Origin: Cylindrospermopsis raciborskii Cr2010
Lineage (GTDB): Bacteria; Cyanobacteriota; Cyanobacteriia; Cyanobacteriales; Nostocaceae
DNA: 32,000 nucleotides
Direction of reading: 5' to 3'
Assembly (NCBI RefSeq): GCF_003367075.2
Contig: NZ_CP065936.1
Location: 3,570,001 to 3,602,000, forward strand
Below are positions 8,041 to 15,487 of the stretch, piece by piece. The notes beneath the pieces are model-generated. The model searched no databases. It had not been told where the DNA came from and worked only from the letters and a program-made list of their open reading frames with translations. A program made the position numbers and the translations under genes. The stretch's first letter is position 1. Each line of letters starts with the position of its first letter.

Positions 8041-8669
8041 TAAAAAAACCTCCCAAATGAATAACTGATAATTGATGTTATTTTACATTCAGTCCCTCTT
8101 ATCCTCTATCCGTACTTTTTCTGTATTTTTTATTCTCTCTATCTATCTCCTCCTTCACTACTTTCCTATAAATACATTTACTTTATTAAAAACTTATAGA
8201 TTTACTATTTTCCCATGAAAAGACATAACTAACTGCCTGTATGGCAATATAATTACATACAAAAAACTTCTTCATTTATTTACTTTTATAAAAAATAGTA
8301 GGCATTTAAATACAAATCTCATTACTTGTTACCAAATATAGATTCAACAATATTCCTCTCAGAAAATGCTGAACTGCCATCGCACGCCAATTAATAAAAA
8401 CAGATTCAACTGTTTTTCCTTGAGAAGTGCGATCGCGCCTACCATTGAGAATAAACTAAAGTGCGATCGCCTGAGAATCCCATAAAAGGAGATAAGAATG
8501 TGGGACGTGTTAGGAGTCCTGCTACTATGTAACAAATGGACACAGATAACTTTTAGGAAAACAGGTTCCTCCAGAGTGATTATAGTAAGAGAATAGAAGA
8601 CTTGATAAAAAAACAAGTTTTTGAATCAGCATTACCCGCGTGCTGCTTAAAATTATGCTCTATATAAAT

Positions 8670-9397
8670 AGAGTTGTTGGAAAATAAGGTATAATAGTCA
8701 AGCAGACAAGTAGGGTGATATCAATGTTGGACTTAGACCGCATCCTGAATCAAGAGCGACTGCTACGAGCAATGACTAGACTCAACCGTCAAGCATTCAA
8801 CGAGCTGTTATCTCAGTTTGCTGATACATATTAACGCACCGTGTTCAACTCCTTAGCAAACCGTAAACGTGCGCCCGGGGGCGGACGCAAGCCCACATTG
8901 AGAACTGGAGAAACTATTTTATATCTTACTGTACTGCAAATGTTATCCGACGTTTGACTTGCTGAGTGTGTTGTTCAACTTTGACCGCTCCTGTGCTCAC
9001 GATTGGGTGCATCGACTGCTGTGGGTGCTAGAAACCACTTTAGGAGAAAAGCAAGTTTTGCCAGCACGCAAACTCAGGAGCATGGCAGAATTCACAAAAA
9101 CGGTTTCCAGGTGTGAAAGAGGTGATTGTGGATGGTACGGAACGTCCAGTGCAACGTCCTCAAAACCGAGAACGCCAAAAGGAGTATTACTCTGGCAAGA
9201 AAAAGCGGCATACGTGCAAGCAGATTACAGTCAGCACAAGGGAGAAACGAGTGATTATTCTGACGAAAACCAGAGCAGGTAAAGTGCATGACAAAAGGTT
9301 ACTCGAGGAATCAGAGATCGTGCAATACATTCCTGATGAAGTGGTAATAGAGGGAGATTTGGGTTTTCAGGGGTTGCAGAAAGAATTTGTCAATTGA
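8670..9397 (+). mobile_element. IS5-family-like (DDE_Tnp_4/Harbinger-type) insertion sequence, multiply frameshifted and 3'-truncated
   Basis: The transposase is split over three frames: MLDLDRILNQERLLRAMTRLNRQAFNELL (from ATG 8724), RKRAPGGGRKPTL, DRSCAHDWVHRLL...GEKQVLPARK, then VDGTERPVQRPQNRERQKEYYSGKKKRHTCKQ...GDLGFQGLQKE. It ends before the last catalytic residues. Confidence 0.65.
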
Positions 9398-9512
9398 GGA
9401 GTTGGGTATTTAAAATCGGTAATCGGTTTAATGTGATAATGTAACTAATTTTAATTTTAGTTGCAAAAAATCGTTGAGGACAGATAATGGAAGTAAGCAG
9501 TCGGGAGTTCTC

Positions 9513-9767
9513 ATGACCCGCAGGGAGAAATTAATTAAGCGGTTTCTTAGCATTCCCAAGGATTTCACCTGGGAGGAGTTACTCAGCTTGCTTTCGGGGT
9601 TTGGGTTTGAGGAAGTCAGCACAGGTAAAACGGGAGGTTCTCGGCGGCGTTTTCTCAATGATGCGGGAGTGATTATTACGTTACACAAACCCCATCCTCA
9701 AAATATTCTCAAACGATATCAGATTGAACAGATTATCGAGATTCTCCAAGAGGAAGAATTGCTATGA
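9513..9767 (+). CDS. hicA: Type II toxin-antitoxin system toxin, HicA family
   Basis: MTRREKLIKRFLSIPKDFTWEELLSLLSGFGFEEVSTGKTGGSRRRFLNDAGVIITLHKPHPQNILKRYQIEQIIEIL is the YcfA/HicA pattern (GS.R.F...H.PHP). Its stop overlaps the downstream gene start (ATGA at 9764). Confidence 0.8.
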   Translation: MTRREKLIKRFLSIPKDFTWEELLSLLSGFGFEEVSTGKTGGSRRRFLNDAGVIITLHKPHPQNILKRYQIEQIIEILQEEELL

Positions 9768-10117
9768 ATAACATGATGCAATACAAGGATTATTTCGGGT
9801 CTATTCACTATAGTGATGATGATAAAATCTTCTACGGACAGGTGGAATATATCCGCAGTTTAATTAGTTTTGAAGGGGAAGATGTGGCTAGTCTCAGGGC
9901 TAGTTTTGAGGAAGCAATTGATGATTATTTGGCTCTTTGTGAAGAAAAAGGTATTGAGCCTGAGAAGCCATTTAAGGGCAGTTTTAATGTGCGTGTAGGT
10001 AGCCAACTTCATCGTCAAGCGGCGTTATTTGCTCAACAACGGGGGGTAAATCTTAATAACTTGGTGACGGATGCACTGGAACGTTATTTGAAAGGGGAAT
10101 CGTTAGAAAATGCTTGA
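9764..10117 (+). CDS. hicB: Type II toxin-antitoxin system antitoxin, HicB family
   Basis: YKDYFGSIHYSDDDKIFYGQVEYIRSLISFEGEDVASLRASFEEAIDDYLALCEEKGIEPEKPFKGSFNVRVGSQLHRQAAL...NLNNLVTDALERYL shows a HicB N-domain plus a RHH-like C-terminus. The gene is translationally coupled to hicA. Confidence 0.8.
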   Translation: MNNMMQYKDYFGSIHYSDDDKIFYGQVEYIRSLISFEGEDVASLRASFEEAIDDYLALCEEKGIEPEKPFKGSFNVRVGSQLHRQAALFAQQRGVNLNNLVTDALERYLKGESLENA

Positions 10118-10129
10118 GGAATTAGGGAT

Positions 10130-10228
10130 ATGAAAAAGAATGAAATATCAACACTTAATGATGTTTGTGAATTAATTGTTGATTGCTTACATAACACAGC
10201 ACCAATTAGTAGTTTTATGCGACTTTAA
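10130..10228 (+). pseudogene. Possible N-terminal fragment of a type I restriction specificity subunit (HsdS-like)
   Basis: MKKNEISTLNDVCELIVDCLHNTAPISS resembles the HsdS N-terminal ...LGDV.....DCEHKTAP motif. The fragment is only 32 codons. Confidence 0.3.
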
Positions 10229-10328
10229 AGATGCCCATAGTAAAGGAGGAATAATTAAAGTGCGTTGTTTGTTACCTTTACCAGTAATATGAACATAAGC
10301 AGTAGAACCATTATCTTTAACGTAGGTT
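10186..10328 (-). pseudogene. Fragment of a tyrosine recombinase catalytic domain
   Basis: The minus-strand translation NSTYVKDNGSTAYVHITGKGNKQRTLIIPPLLWASLKSH fits the conserved (I/V)xGKGxKxRx(V/L)P(L/I) beta-hairpin region of integrases. No start codon and no other catalytic boxes are present. Confidence 0.4.
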
Positions 10329-10475
10329 GAATTGAACTATGAAACCCAACACCACTGTTCTCGTTACTCGACCCATCCTACAAATTTAATTATGCATCCC
10401 TACTTAGTTGCTCTTTTGTGGATAAGAAAAGTCATGTATAATTTACCTCGATAATTTGGTTACGGATTTAAGACA

Positions 10476-10937
10476 ATGAAAAAATTTCTCACATTAGCGC
10501 TGATACTGATTTTGTTTCTTGTTTCCTCTTTTAGCCTTGGCACTAGTCCTAGTTATGCTTATAGCGAGTTTGATTTGGACAGACTTTTAAAAACTGATAT
10601 GTGTCTAGGATGTGACCTCTCTAGTGCTAACCTCGAAGATGCTATCCTCATTAATGCTAACCTCCAAGGTGCTAACCTCTCTGGTGCTAACCTCAAAGAT
10701 GCTTTCCTCATTGATGCTAACCTCTCTGATGCTAACCTCCAAGGTGCTAACCTCGAAGGTACTAACCTCAAATATGCTGACCTCGAAGATGCTTTCCTCA
10801 TTGATGCTAACCTCTCTGATGCTAACCTCTCTGATGCTAACCTCTCTGATGCTAACCTCCAAGGTGCTAACCTCCAAGGTGCTAACCTCGAAGGTGCTAA
10901 CCTCGAAGGTGCTAGCCTCAGTGGTGCCATCCGGTAA
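10476..10937 (+). CDS. Secreted pentapeptide-repeat protein
   Basis: N-terminal signal peptide MKKFLTLALILILFLVSSFSLGTSPSYA followed by about 24 A(N/D)L(x)(x) pentapeptides (ANLEDAILINANLQGANLSGANLKDA...). Confidence 0.8.
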   Translation: MKKFLTLALILILFLVSSFSLGTSPSYAYSEFDLDRLLKTDMCLGCDLSSANLEDAILINANLQGANLSGANLKDAFLIDANLSDANLQGANLEGTNLKYADLEDAFLIDANLSDANLSDANLSDANLQGANLQGANLEGANLEGASLSGAIR

Positions 10938-11176
10938 TCACATTCTCTGAGTTACATATTTACGGGATGAAAATATCTGAAAACATTGAAAAATTTTTGG
11001 TAAATCATCCCGAAAAACCACCCCTAGGTCACCCCCTTCAACTCGTCAATGTTGAACCAACTAGGCCAAGTGCGTTCCTCATCCTCCAAAGGATTCCCCT
11101 TGCTATCGGTCAATCCCCACCTAATCATCACCCTGGGTAATGGCGTTTCATTATTAGCAGAAAACTTCTCCAATAA

Positions 11177-11656
11177 TATAAGGGTTCTGGATATGATAGA
11201 GGACATTTAGTTCCATCTGCGGATAGAACAAAAAGCATTAAAGACAATTCCTCCACCTTCTTGATGACGAATATCATTCCACAAACACCAGATAATAATA
11301 GAAATACCTGGGGGAATCTAGAAGATTACAGTAGAGAATTAGTAGAGCAAGGGAAAACCCTGTATATTATTGCTGGTACTTGGGGAAGCAAGGGGAAAAT
11401 CAACAATCTAGTTAATATCCCTAAATATACCTGGAAAATCATTGTTATCTTGGATCGTCCCTCTCAGATTTTAGATATTACTTCTCGCACCCCGGTGATT
11501 GCTGTTAATATTCCCAACGATCAAGAATTAGAGGATGACTGGAAAAAGTTTTTGACAACTGTTGACCAAATTGAGAAACTCACTGAATATGATTTTCTCT
11601 CTAATGTTCCTACTCCCATTCAAAATATTCTTGAAGGTAATATAGCTAAACTGTAA
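11177..11656 (+). pseudogene. DNA/RNA non-specific endonuclease (NucA/Endonuclease_NS family), N-terminally truncated
   Basis: The frame is open from 11177 and reads YKGSGYDRGHLVPSADRTKSIKDNSSTFLMTNIIPQTPDNNRNTWGNLEDYSRELV. This is the DRGH active-site and N..PQ...N motif block of the beta-beta-alpha-Me nuclease family. A TAA lies just upstream and no start or N-terminal half is present. Confidence 0.65.
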
Positions 11657-11667
11657 GTTACTAATAA

Positions 11668-11747
11668 GGCGATTGCGCAGCACTCCCTGCGGGAGATCGC
11701 ACAGCACTCCCTACGGGAGATCGCGAAGCACTCCTTATGAGTAATCG
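11668..11747. repeat. Dispersed-repeat cluster (three tandem units of the GCGxAGCACTCCCTxCGGGAGATCGC family)
   Basis: ggcgattgcgcagcactccctgcgggagatcgcacagcactccctacgggagatcgcgaagcactccttatgagtaatcg. Confidence 0.8.
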
Positions 11748-11767
11748 TACTATTATATAGAATATAA

Positions 11768-11998
11768 CTACAGTTGTGTATTTGTCAAGTTAGCGTCTAA
11801 TGTGTGAGTATTTTCTATATTAGCACTTCTTGTGTAAGCACCTTTGAGGTCAGCACGTTCAAGGTTAGCATCTTCAAGGTTAGCACCTTCGAGGTCAGCA
11901 CCTTCAAGGTTGGAGGGGCATTTTCTAAATGCATGCCCCTCAAAATCTTCAGAATTTTCCCTGAGGAAAACTAGCGCTCTTCTTTTTAATCTAAACAC
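11768..11998 (-). CDS. Small pentapeptide-repeat protein or fragment (76 aa, GTG start)
   Basis: NLEGADLEGANLEDANLERADLKGA pentapeptide repeats. There is only a GTG start, and the position between repeats suggests it may be a remnant. Confidence 0.35.
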   Translation of the reverse strand: MFRLKRRALVFLRENSEDFEGHAFRKCPSNLEGADLEGANLEDANLERADLKGAYTRSANIENTHTLDANLTNTQL

Positions 11999-12014
11999 CG
12001 GAAGATAAACGTAG

Positions 12015-12039
12015 GTTGGGTTGAAGCATGAAACCCAAC
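12015..12039 (+). repeat. REP-like hairpin (GTTGGGTT-N9-AACCCAAC) abutting the RAYT remnant
   Basis: acgtaggttgggttgaagcatgaaacccaacaccc. Related copies lie at 10319-10355 (degenerate: acgtaggttgaattgaactatgaaacccaacacc) and 14191-14217 (cggttgggttgagggatcccaacaccc). Confidence 0.45.
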
Positions 12040-12044
12040 ACCCC

Positions 12045-12614
12045 CATTATTTAATAGAACCATTACAGCCCTCAGATTTGCCTAAAATTATGCACTGGTT
12101 AAATTGGTATACAGCACTGTGCTTTAATCAGATGCTGAATAGAACAGGGCATTTTTGGGAAAAAAGGTATCACAGCACGGGGTTTGCCATGTCAGATAAG
12201 AAAAGGGCATTAAACACGCTGAGATATATACACGGCAATCCTAAAGCAGCAGGAATACAACAGGGAATGTTTTATGATTTTAGTAACTATGGAGTACATG
12301 AGAGATTAGGTAGTGATGGGGTAACAACATGGCATCCAGCCTTTTTAGCGTTAGGGAAAACTTTAGATGAGTGTGCAAACATTTATAAAGGATTTTGTCA
12401 AAAATATCGTCCTCAACCGAAAAAGGTAGAAAAAAACCGCTGGGGGAGTAAACTTTTAGCCGGGATGAAACCAAATCAAAAAAAGAAGGGAACATCACCA
12501 GGACAGCTAAAGCTTTTTTGGGATGAGTTAGACATAACTAGTGAGGAAATAGTAAAGGCAGCAACAATATTTGTCAAGGCAAATTGTTATACACCTAATC
12601 CTAAAAATAAATAG
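12045..12614 (+). pseudogene. REP-associated tyrosine transposase (RAYT, IS200-like Y1 transposase), N-terminally truncated
   Basis: HPHYLIEP (HUH-type motif), LNWYTALCFNQMLNRTGHFWEKRYHS and LRYIHGNPKAAG (catalytic-Tyr helix) fit RAYTs. About 60 N-terminal residues are missing, and the track's TTG start at 12021 lies inside the REP hairpin. Confidence 0.65.
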
Positions 12615-12703
12615 TACCAGGTATCCGAAACCCTGGAACTAGCAAGGTTTCGTTAATTTCTTGTTATTTACAAAAGTTAACAATACTATCAAACCTTTAT
12701 GGG

Positions 12704-13768
12704 TTACACTCTACATGTCTTGACAGGAGGGAACCGCCTGCCTGTCGGGAGTTGACCCGTTGGTGCGGATAATGAAAAGTTTAAATCTTGGTAATAGAGC
12801 CATGAACCTTGTTTTCTCCATCCCACCCTGTCTCCGAAGGATCTCCATACATTCTCATCATATTGTTTTGTTCCTCCCAGGTTTTTGTATATTTCTTGTT
12901 GGACAGATATACCAAATTTACCCTGACTATATTTTAACCACAGATTGTCAATGGTGCGCAATTCCTTACAGGGAAAATTTTCTGCATCTTCTATTCTCAA
13001 CCAACCTTGTCTGTTAGCTACTGCTAACATTACTCTGTCTGTTTCTAAATCTGCTTCTCTAAAGTCTTGAGCTTTCAACAAGGTTTCTAATCTTGTGTAC
13101 CTGCTCGGTGTGGGGGGTGGTGCATTTAAAAAGGTCTGAAGTGGAATTCCATATTCTTCCGGTGTACCGCGTCCATCTCCTAGGCTTTGACTGTGGGTTA
13201 GCCCATGAATACCTACTAATTTACCATTCTCATCTAGGATGGGACCTCCACTCATTCCTTTTAATGCTCCTATTCTATATACCAAGCTATATCCCCCGTC
13301 TCTTGGTTTTTTTAAAATCCGGGAGATTCCATCAAATCTAAAGGTAAAGTCTTGTTTAGAAGGAAACCCACTAATATAAACTACCTGCCCTATGGTTACA
13401 GTATTAGAGTCACCCAATGCCACTACTTGATATTCTTGGTCACTGTTAAATTGAAGGGTGGCTAAATCAAGATTAGGTATTTCTGTTACGTTATTTGATT
13501 GGTATTTTCTCCCATCGTAGGTGATAATTTCAAATGCGCCTTTATACTGAAAAACATGGGAATTGGTTAATACTGTGTAAGTGTTACCATTTTTATTGAT
13601 AATTACACCTGAACCTTGGTCGGGACCGCTAAGGCGAACAGTCACCCTTTCAGCGATCGCGCCGATTTCTTTGGTAGTTAGGGCAATAGTAATAAATGGA
13701 TAGAATATCGTAATAAAGGTGACAAGAATTGCAATAGTGATTAGTTGGGTAAGTTTTTTGCGGTTCAT
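12704..13768 (-). CDS. Membrane-anchored trypsin-like serine protease fused to a C-terminal GUN4-like domain (module copy 1)
   Basis: An N-terminal TM/signal anchor LTQLITIAILVTFITIFYPFITIAL is followed by an S1-type triad context: TNSHV (His), LDLATLQF (Asp), GMSGGPILDENGKLVGIHG (Ser). The C-terminal FPCKELRTIDNLWLKYSQGKFGISVQQEIYKNLGG...VGWRKQGSWLYYQDLNFSLSAPTGQLP matches the GUN4 domain signature. Confidence 0.85.
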   Translation of the reverse strand: MNRKKLTQLITIAILVTFITIFYPFITIALTTKEIGAIAERVTVRLSGPDQGSGVIINKNGNTYTVLTNSHVFQYKGAFEIITYDGRKYQSNNVTEIPNLDLATLQFNSDQEYQVVALGDSNTVTIGQVVYISGFPSKQDFTFRFDGISRILKKPRDGGYSLVYRIGALKGMSGGPILDENGKLVGIHGLTHSQSLGDGRGTPEEYGIPLQTFLNAPPPTPSRYTRLETLLKAQDFREADLETDRVMLAVANRQGWLRIEDAENFPCKELRTIDNLWLKYSQGKFGISVQQEIYKNLGGTKQYDENVWRSFGDRVGWRKQGSWLYYQDLNFSLSAPTGQLPTGRRFPPVKTCRV

Positions 13769-13865
13769 CTCATGGGATGGGTGAGTTTTTTATCAGTATA
13801 GCTATTGTCTCCCAAACCAAGAAACTAGGGTGAATGTATAATAGGGGTATGCCAAAGGAGTGACT

Positions 13866-13894
13866 ATGCCACGTAAACAGCAAGTACCAAAGAA
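13866..13894 (+). pseudogene. Remnant (first about 10 codons) of the Pro/Lys-rich zinc-ribbon gene of the repeated module
   Basis: atgccacgtaaacagcaagtaccaaagaa is identical to 16276-16304 and 22509-22537. Identity ends at 13895. Confidence 0.6.
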
Positions 13895-13895
13895 T

Positions 13896-14010
13896 AGCTT
13901 CCTCCGTACTAATTCTCTCCCCCATGGGTGGTAATCCGGGACAAGGAGTCTAATAGGATTTGAGGGTTGAGTGTGCCATCAGGATTTAACCAGTTGGGCT
14001 CCACCGAAGT
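13896..14010 (-). pseudogene. Remnant of an AAA-ATPase/PD-(D/E)XK paralog (C-terminal pieces, frameshifted)
   Basis: Minus-strand pieces SVEPNWLNPDGTLNPQILLDS and GLPPMGERISTEE parallel IEPRWLNEQGELLPDELLEA and GLPPMGERISTEE of 25989..27533. A further 33-nt piece recurs at 18305-18337. Confidence 0.4.
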
Positions 14011-14016
14011 TAAAGA

Positions 14017-14288
14017 GGCGATTGCGAAGCACTCCCTACGGGAGCTCGCGAAGCAATTTCTATGGGAGATCCCCAGGGGATTAACCATAATTGTTTAAAT
14101 TAACCCCTACCTGGAGACTGTCCGTGGGGGAGACCGGGAATCAATTCCCGGTCTCAAAGCGAAAGTCGGTTGAAAACCGACTGGTTTTGTCGGTTGGGTT
14201 GAGGGATCCCAACACCCCTATGGGATATAAATGCGATTGGGAAGCATTCCCTAGGGGCGATCGCGCAGCACTCCCTTTGGGAGATCGC
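14017..14288. repeat. Dispersed-repeat cluster with nested MITE-like element B copy 2 (14110..14203) and a REP-like hairpin (14191..14217)
   Basis: ggcgattgcgaagcactccctacgggagctcgcgaagcaatttctatgggagatccccaggggattaaccataattgtttaaattaacccctacctggagactg..., ending in ...gcgcagcactccctttgggagatcgc. Confidence 0.8.
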
Positions 14289-14323
14289 AATTGCAAGATA
14301 GCATTTATGGTGACTGCACTACA

Positions 14324-14749
14324 TCATAAAAATTCCTGAAAGAGGTTATCAAATGGTTCTGTATTTTTCCAGCGATAGGTGTTAAAATCTCGATAATCAA
14401 CTGACAAAATTCGCCCATGACCTAGTTGTTCTGCCAGAATAACGAGAGAAGCATCGGCCAAATCCATCGGCAAATCTTGATATTTTTCTATCAGTTCTTC
14501 AATACGCTGGCAATGATTTTGTTTCAGATCAAAGATTTGTAGTTTTCCTGTGGAAATTTTATTAATAAAGATTTTTGGAGCATCCACTCCTACTCTTTTT
14601 TGTAATAAATAGCAAGTCTCCGTAACGACGCACCAGGTTGTAATAAATTGCTGATTAGCTAAATCTTGAAATCTTTTTTTGGCGGCTATATGAACTGCAT
14701 CTTGTTTATTAGCAAGAGCTAACCAAAAGCCTGTATCAACTATGATCAT
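14324..14749 (-). CDS. vapC: Type II toxin-antitoxin system toxin, VapC family (PIN domain)
   Basis: MIIVDTGFWLALANKQD... carries the first acidic PIN residue. ...TTWCVVTETCYLL... and ...PMDLADASLVILAEQLG...ILSVDYRDF are typical PIN motifs. The gene overlaps the upstream small gene by 14 nt. Confidence 0.85.
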   Translation of the reverse strand: MIIVDTGFWLALANKQDAVHIAAKKRFQDLANQQFITTWCVVTETCYLLQKRVGVDAPKIFINKISTGKLQIFDLKQNHCQRIEELIEKYQDLPMDLADASLVILAEQLGHGRILSVDYRDFNTYRWKNTEPFDNLFQEFL

Positions 14750-14975
14750 ATTTTTGATTAAGTTCAGTATCTAAATAGTTTTTATAGTTTTTTGAGAGGT
14801 CTGTTTCAGCTTCTATACAACCGATAAAGTCTGACCAGTCTTGCAAGGAATTTTCTGAAGTTCGTTGTTGATTAAGAGGATAGCGTTTTTTCAGAACTTC
14901 TACAAGTTCGATTATGATTTGTTGTGCATAGGGAGGAAGAGACGCAATATCTTGTTTAATTGTATCTAAGTTCAT
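14736..14975 (-). CDS. Putative VapB-type antitoxin (79 aa, family not recognised)
   Basis: A small acidic ORF immediately upstream of vapC and overlapping it, the classic TA operon geometry. There is no recognisable DNA-binding motif by eye. Confidence 0.55.
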   Translation of the reverse strand: MNLDTIKQDIASLPPYAQQIIIELVEVLKKRYPLNQQRTSENSLQDWSDFIGCIEAETDLSKNYKNYLDTELNQKYDHS

Positions 14976-15119
14976 AATCTGATTTTGCTGTTTCTTTGAT
15001 TATACTTTAGGGAGAATCAGATAAGGTGAGTTAATGAAATGTAACGCAGTTTATCGATAATTCACTTAGTTCACCTTCAGGTCGCACTTTAAGCTCTTAC
15101 TTCATCTGGATTGTAAACT

Positions 15120-15257
15120 GGCGATCGCATCACACTCCCTATGGGCGATTGCGCAGCACTCCCTTTGGGAGATCGCTCTCCTCTAGGGACGTTTCATGTT
15201 CGGTTCCCGTTTGATAAAAGATTGACGGTAAACGTTTTCCGTCAAAGGATGAATCAG
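15120..15257. repeat. Dispersed repeats (15120-15175) followed by MITE-like element A copy 2 (15176-15257, truncated)
   Basis: ggcgatcgcatcacactccctatgggcgattgcgcagcactccctttgggagatcg + ctctcctctagggacgtttcatgttcggttcccgtttgataaaagattgacggtaaacgttttccgtcaaaggatgaatcag. Confidence 0.8.
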
Positions 15258-15487
15258 TAGTGATGGGGTAACAACATGGCATCCAGCCTTTTTAGCGCTA
15301 GGAAAAACTTTAGATGAGTGTGCAAGCATTTATAAAGGATTTTGTCAAAAATATCGTCCTCAACCGAAAAAGGTAGAAAAAAACCGCTGGGGGAGTAAAC
15401 TTTTAGCCGGGATGAAACCAAATCAAAAAAAGAAGGAAACATCACCGGGACAACTAAAGCTCTTTTGGGATGAGTTAGACATAACTA
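15258..15487 (+). pseudogene. RAYT internal fragment (module copy 2)
   Basis: Near-identical to 12308-12543 (…SDGVTTWHPAFLALGKTLDECA.IYKGFCQKYRPQPKKVEKNRWGSKLLAGMKPNQKKK...LFWDELDITN). It lacks both ends. Confidence 0.7.

Noticed and set aside
8359-8616. ORF 8359..8616 (-), 85 aa.
   Set aside because: It has no domain or start context and lies in AT-rich intergenic DNA with HIP1 sites upstream of the IS5-like element. It is likely spurious.
11024-11206. ORF 11024..11206 (-), 60 aa, overlapping the truncated 5' edge of the NucA fragment.
   Set aside because: A weak resemblance to the ...W(W)xxxGNxL tail of Uma2 proteins is not convincing. It is probably junction sequence and was not called.
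12021-12044. The TTG start and MKHETQ N-terminus of the RAYT ORF.
   Set aside because: These codons lie inside the REP-like hairpin. The ORF lacks about 60 N-terminal residues of RAYTs, so it is a truncated remnant rather than a complete gene.
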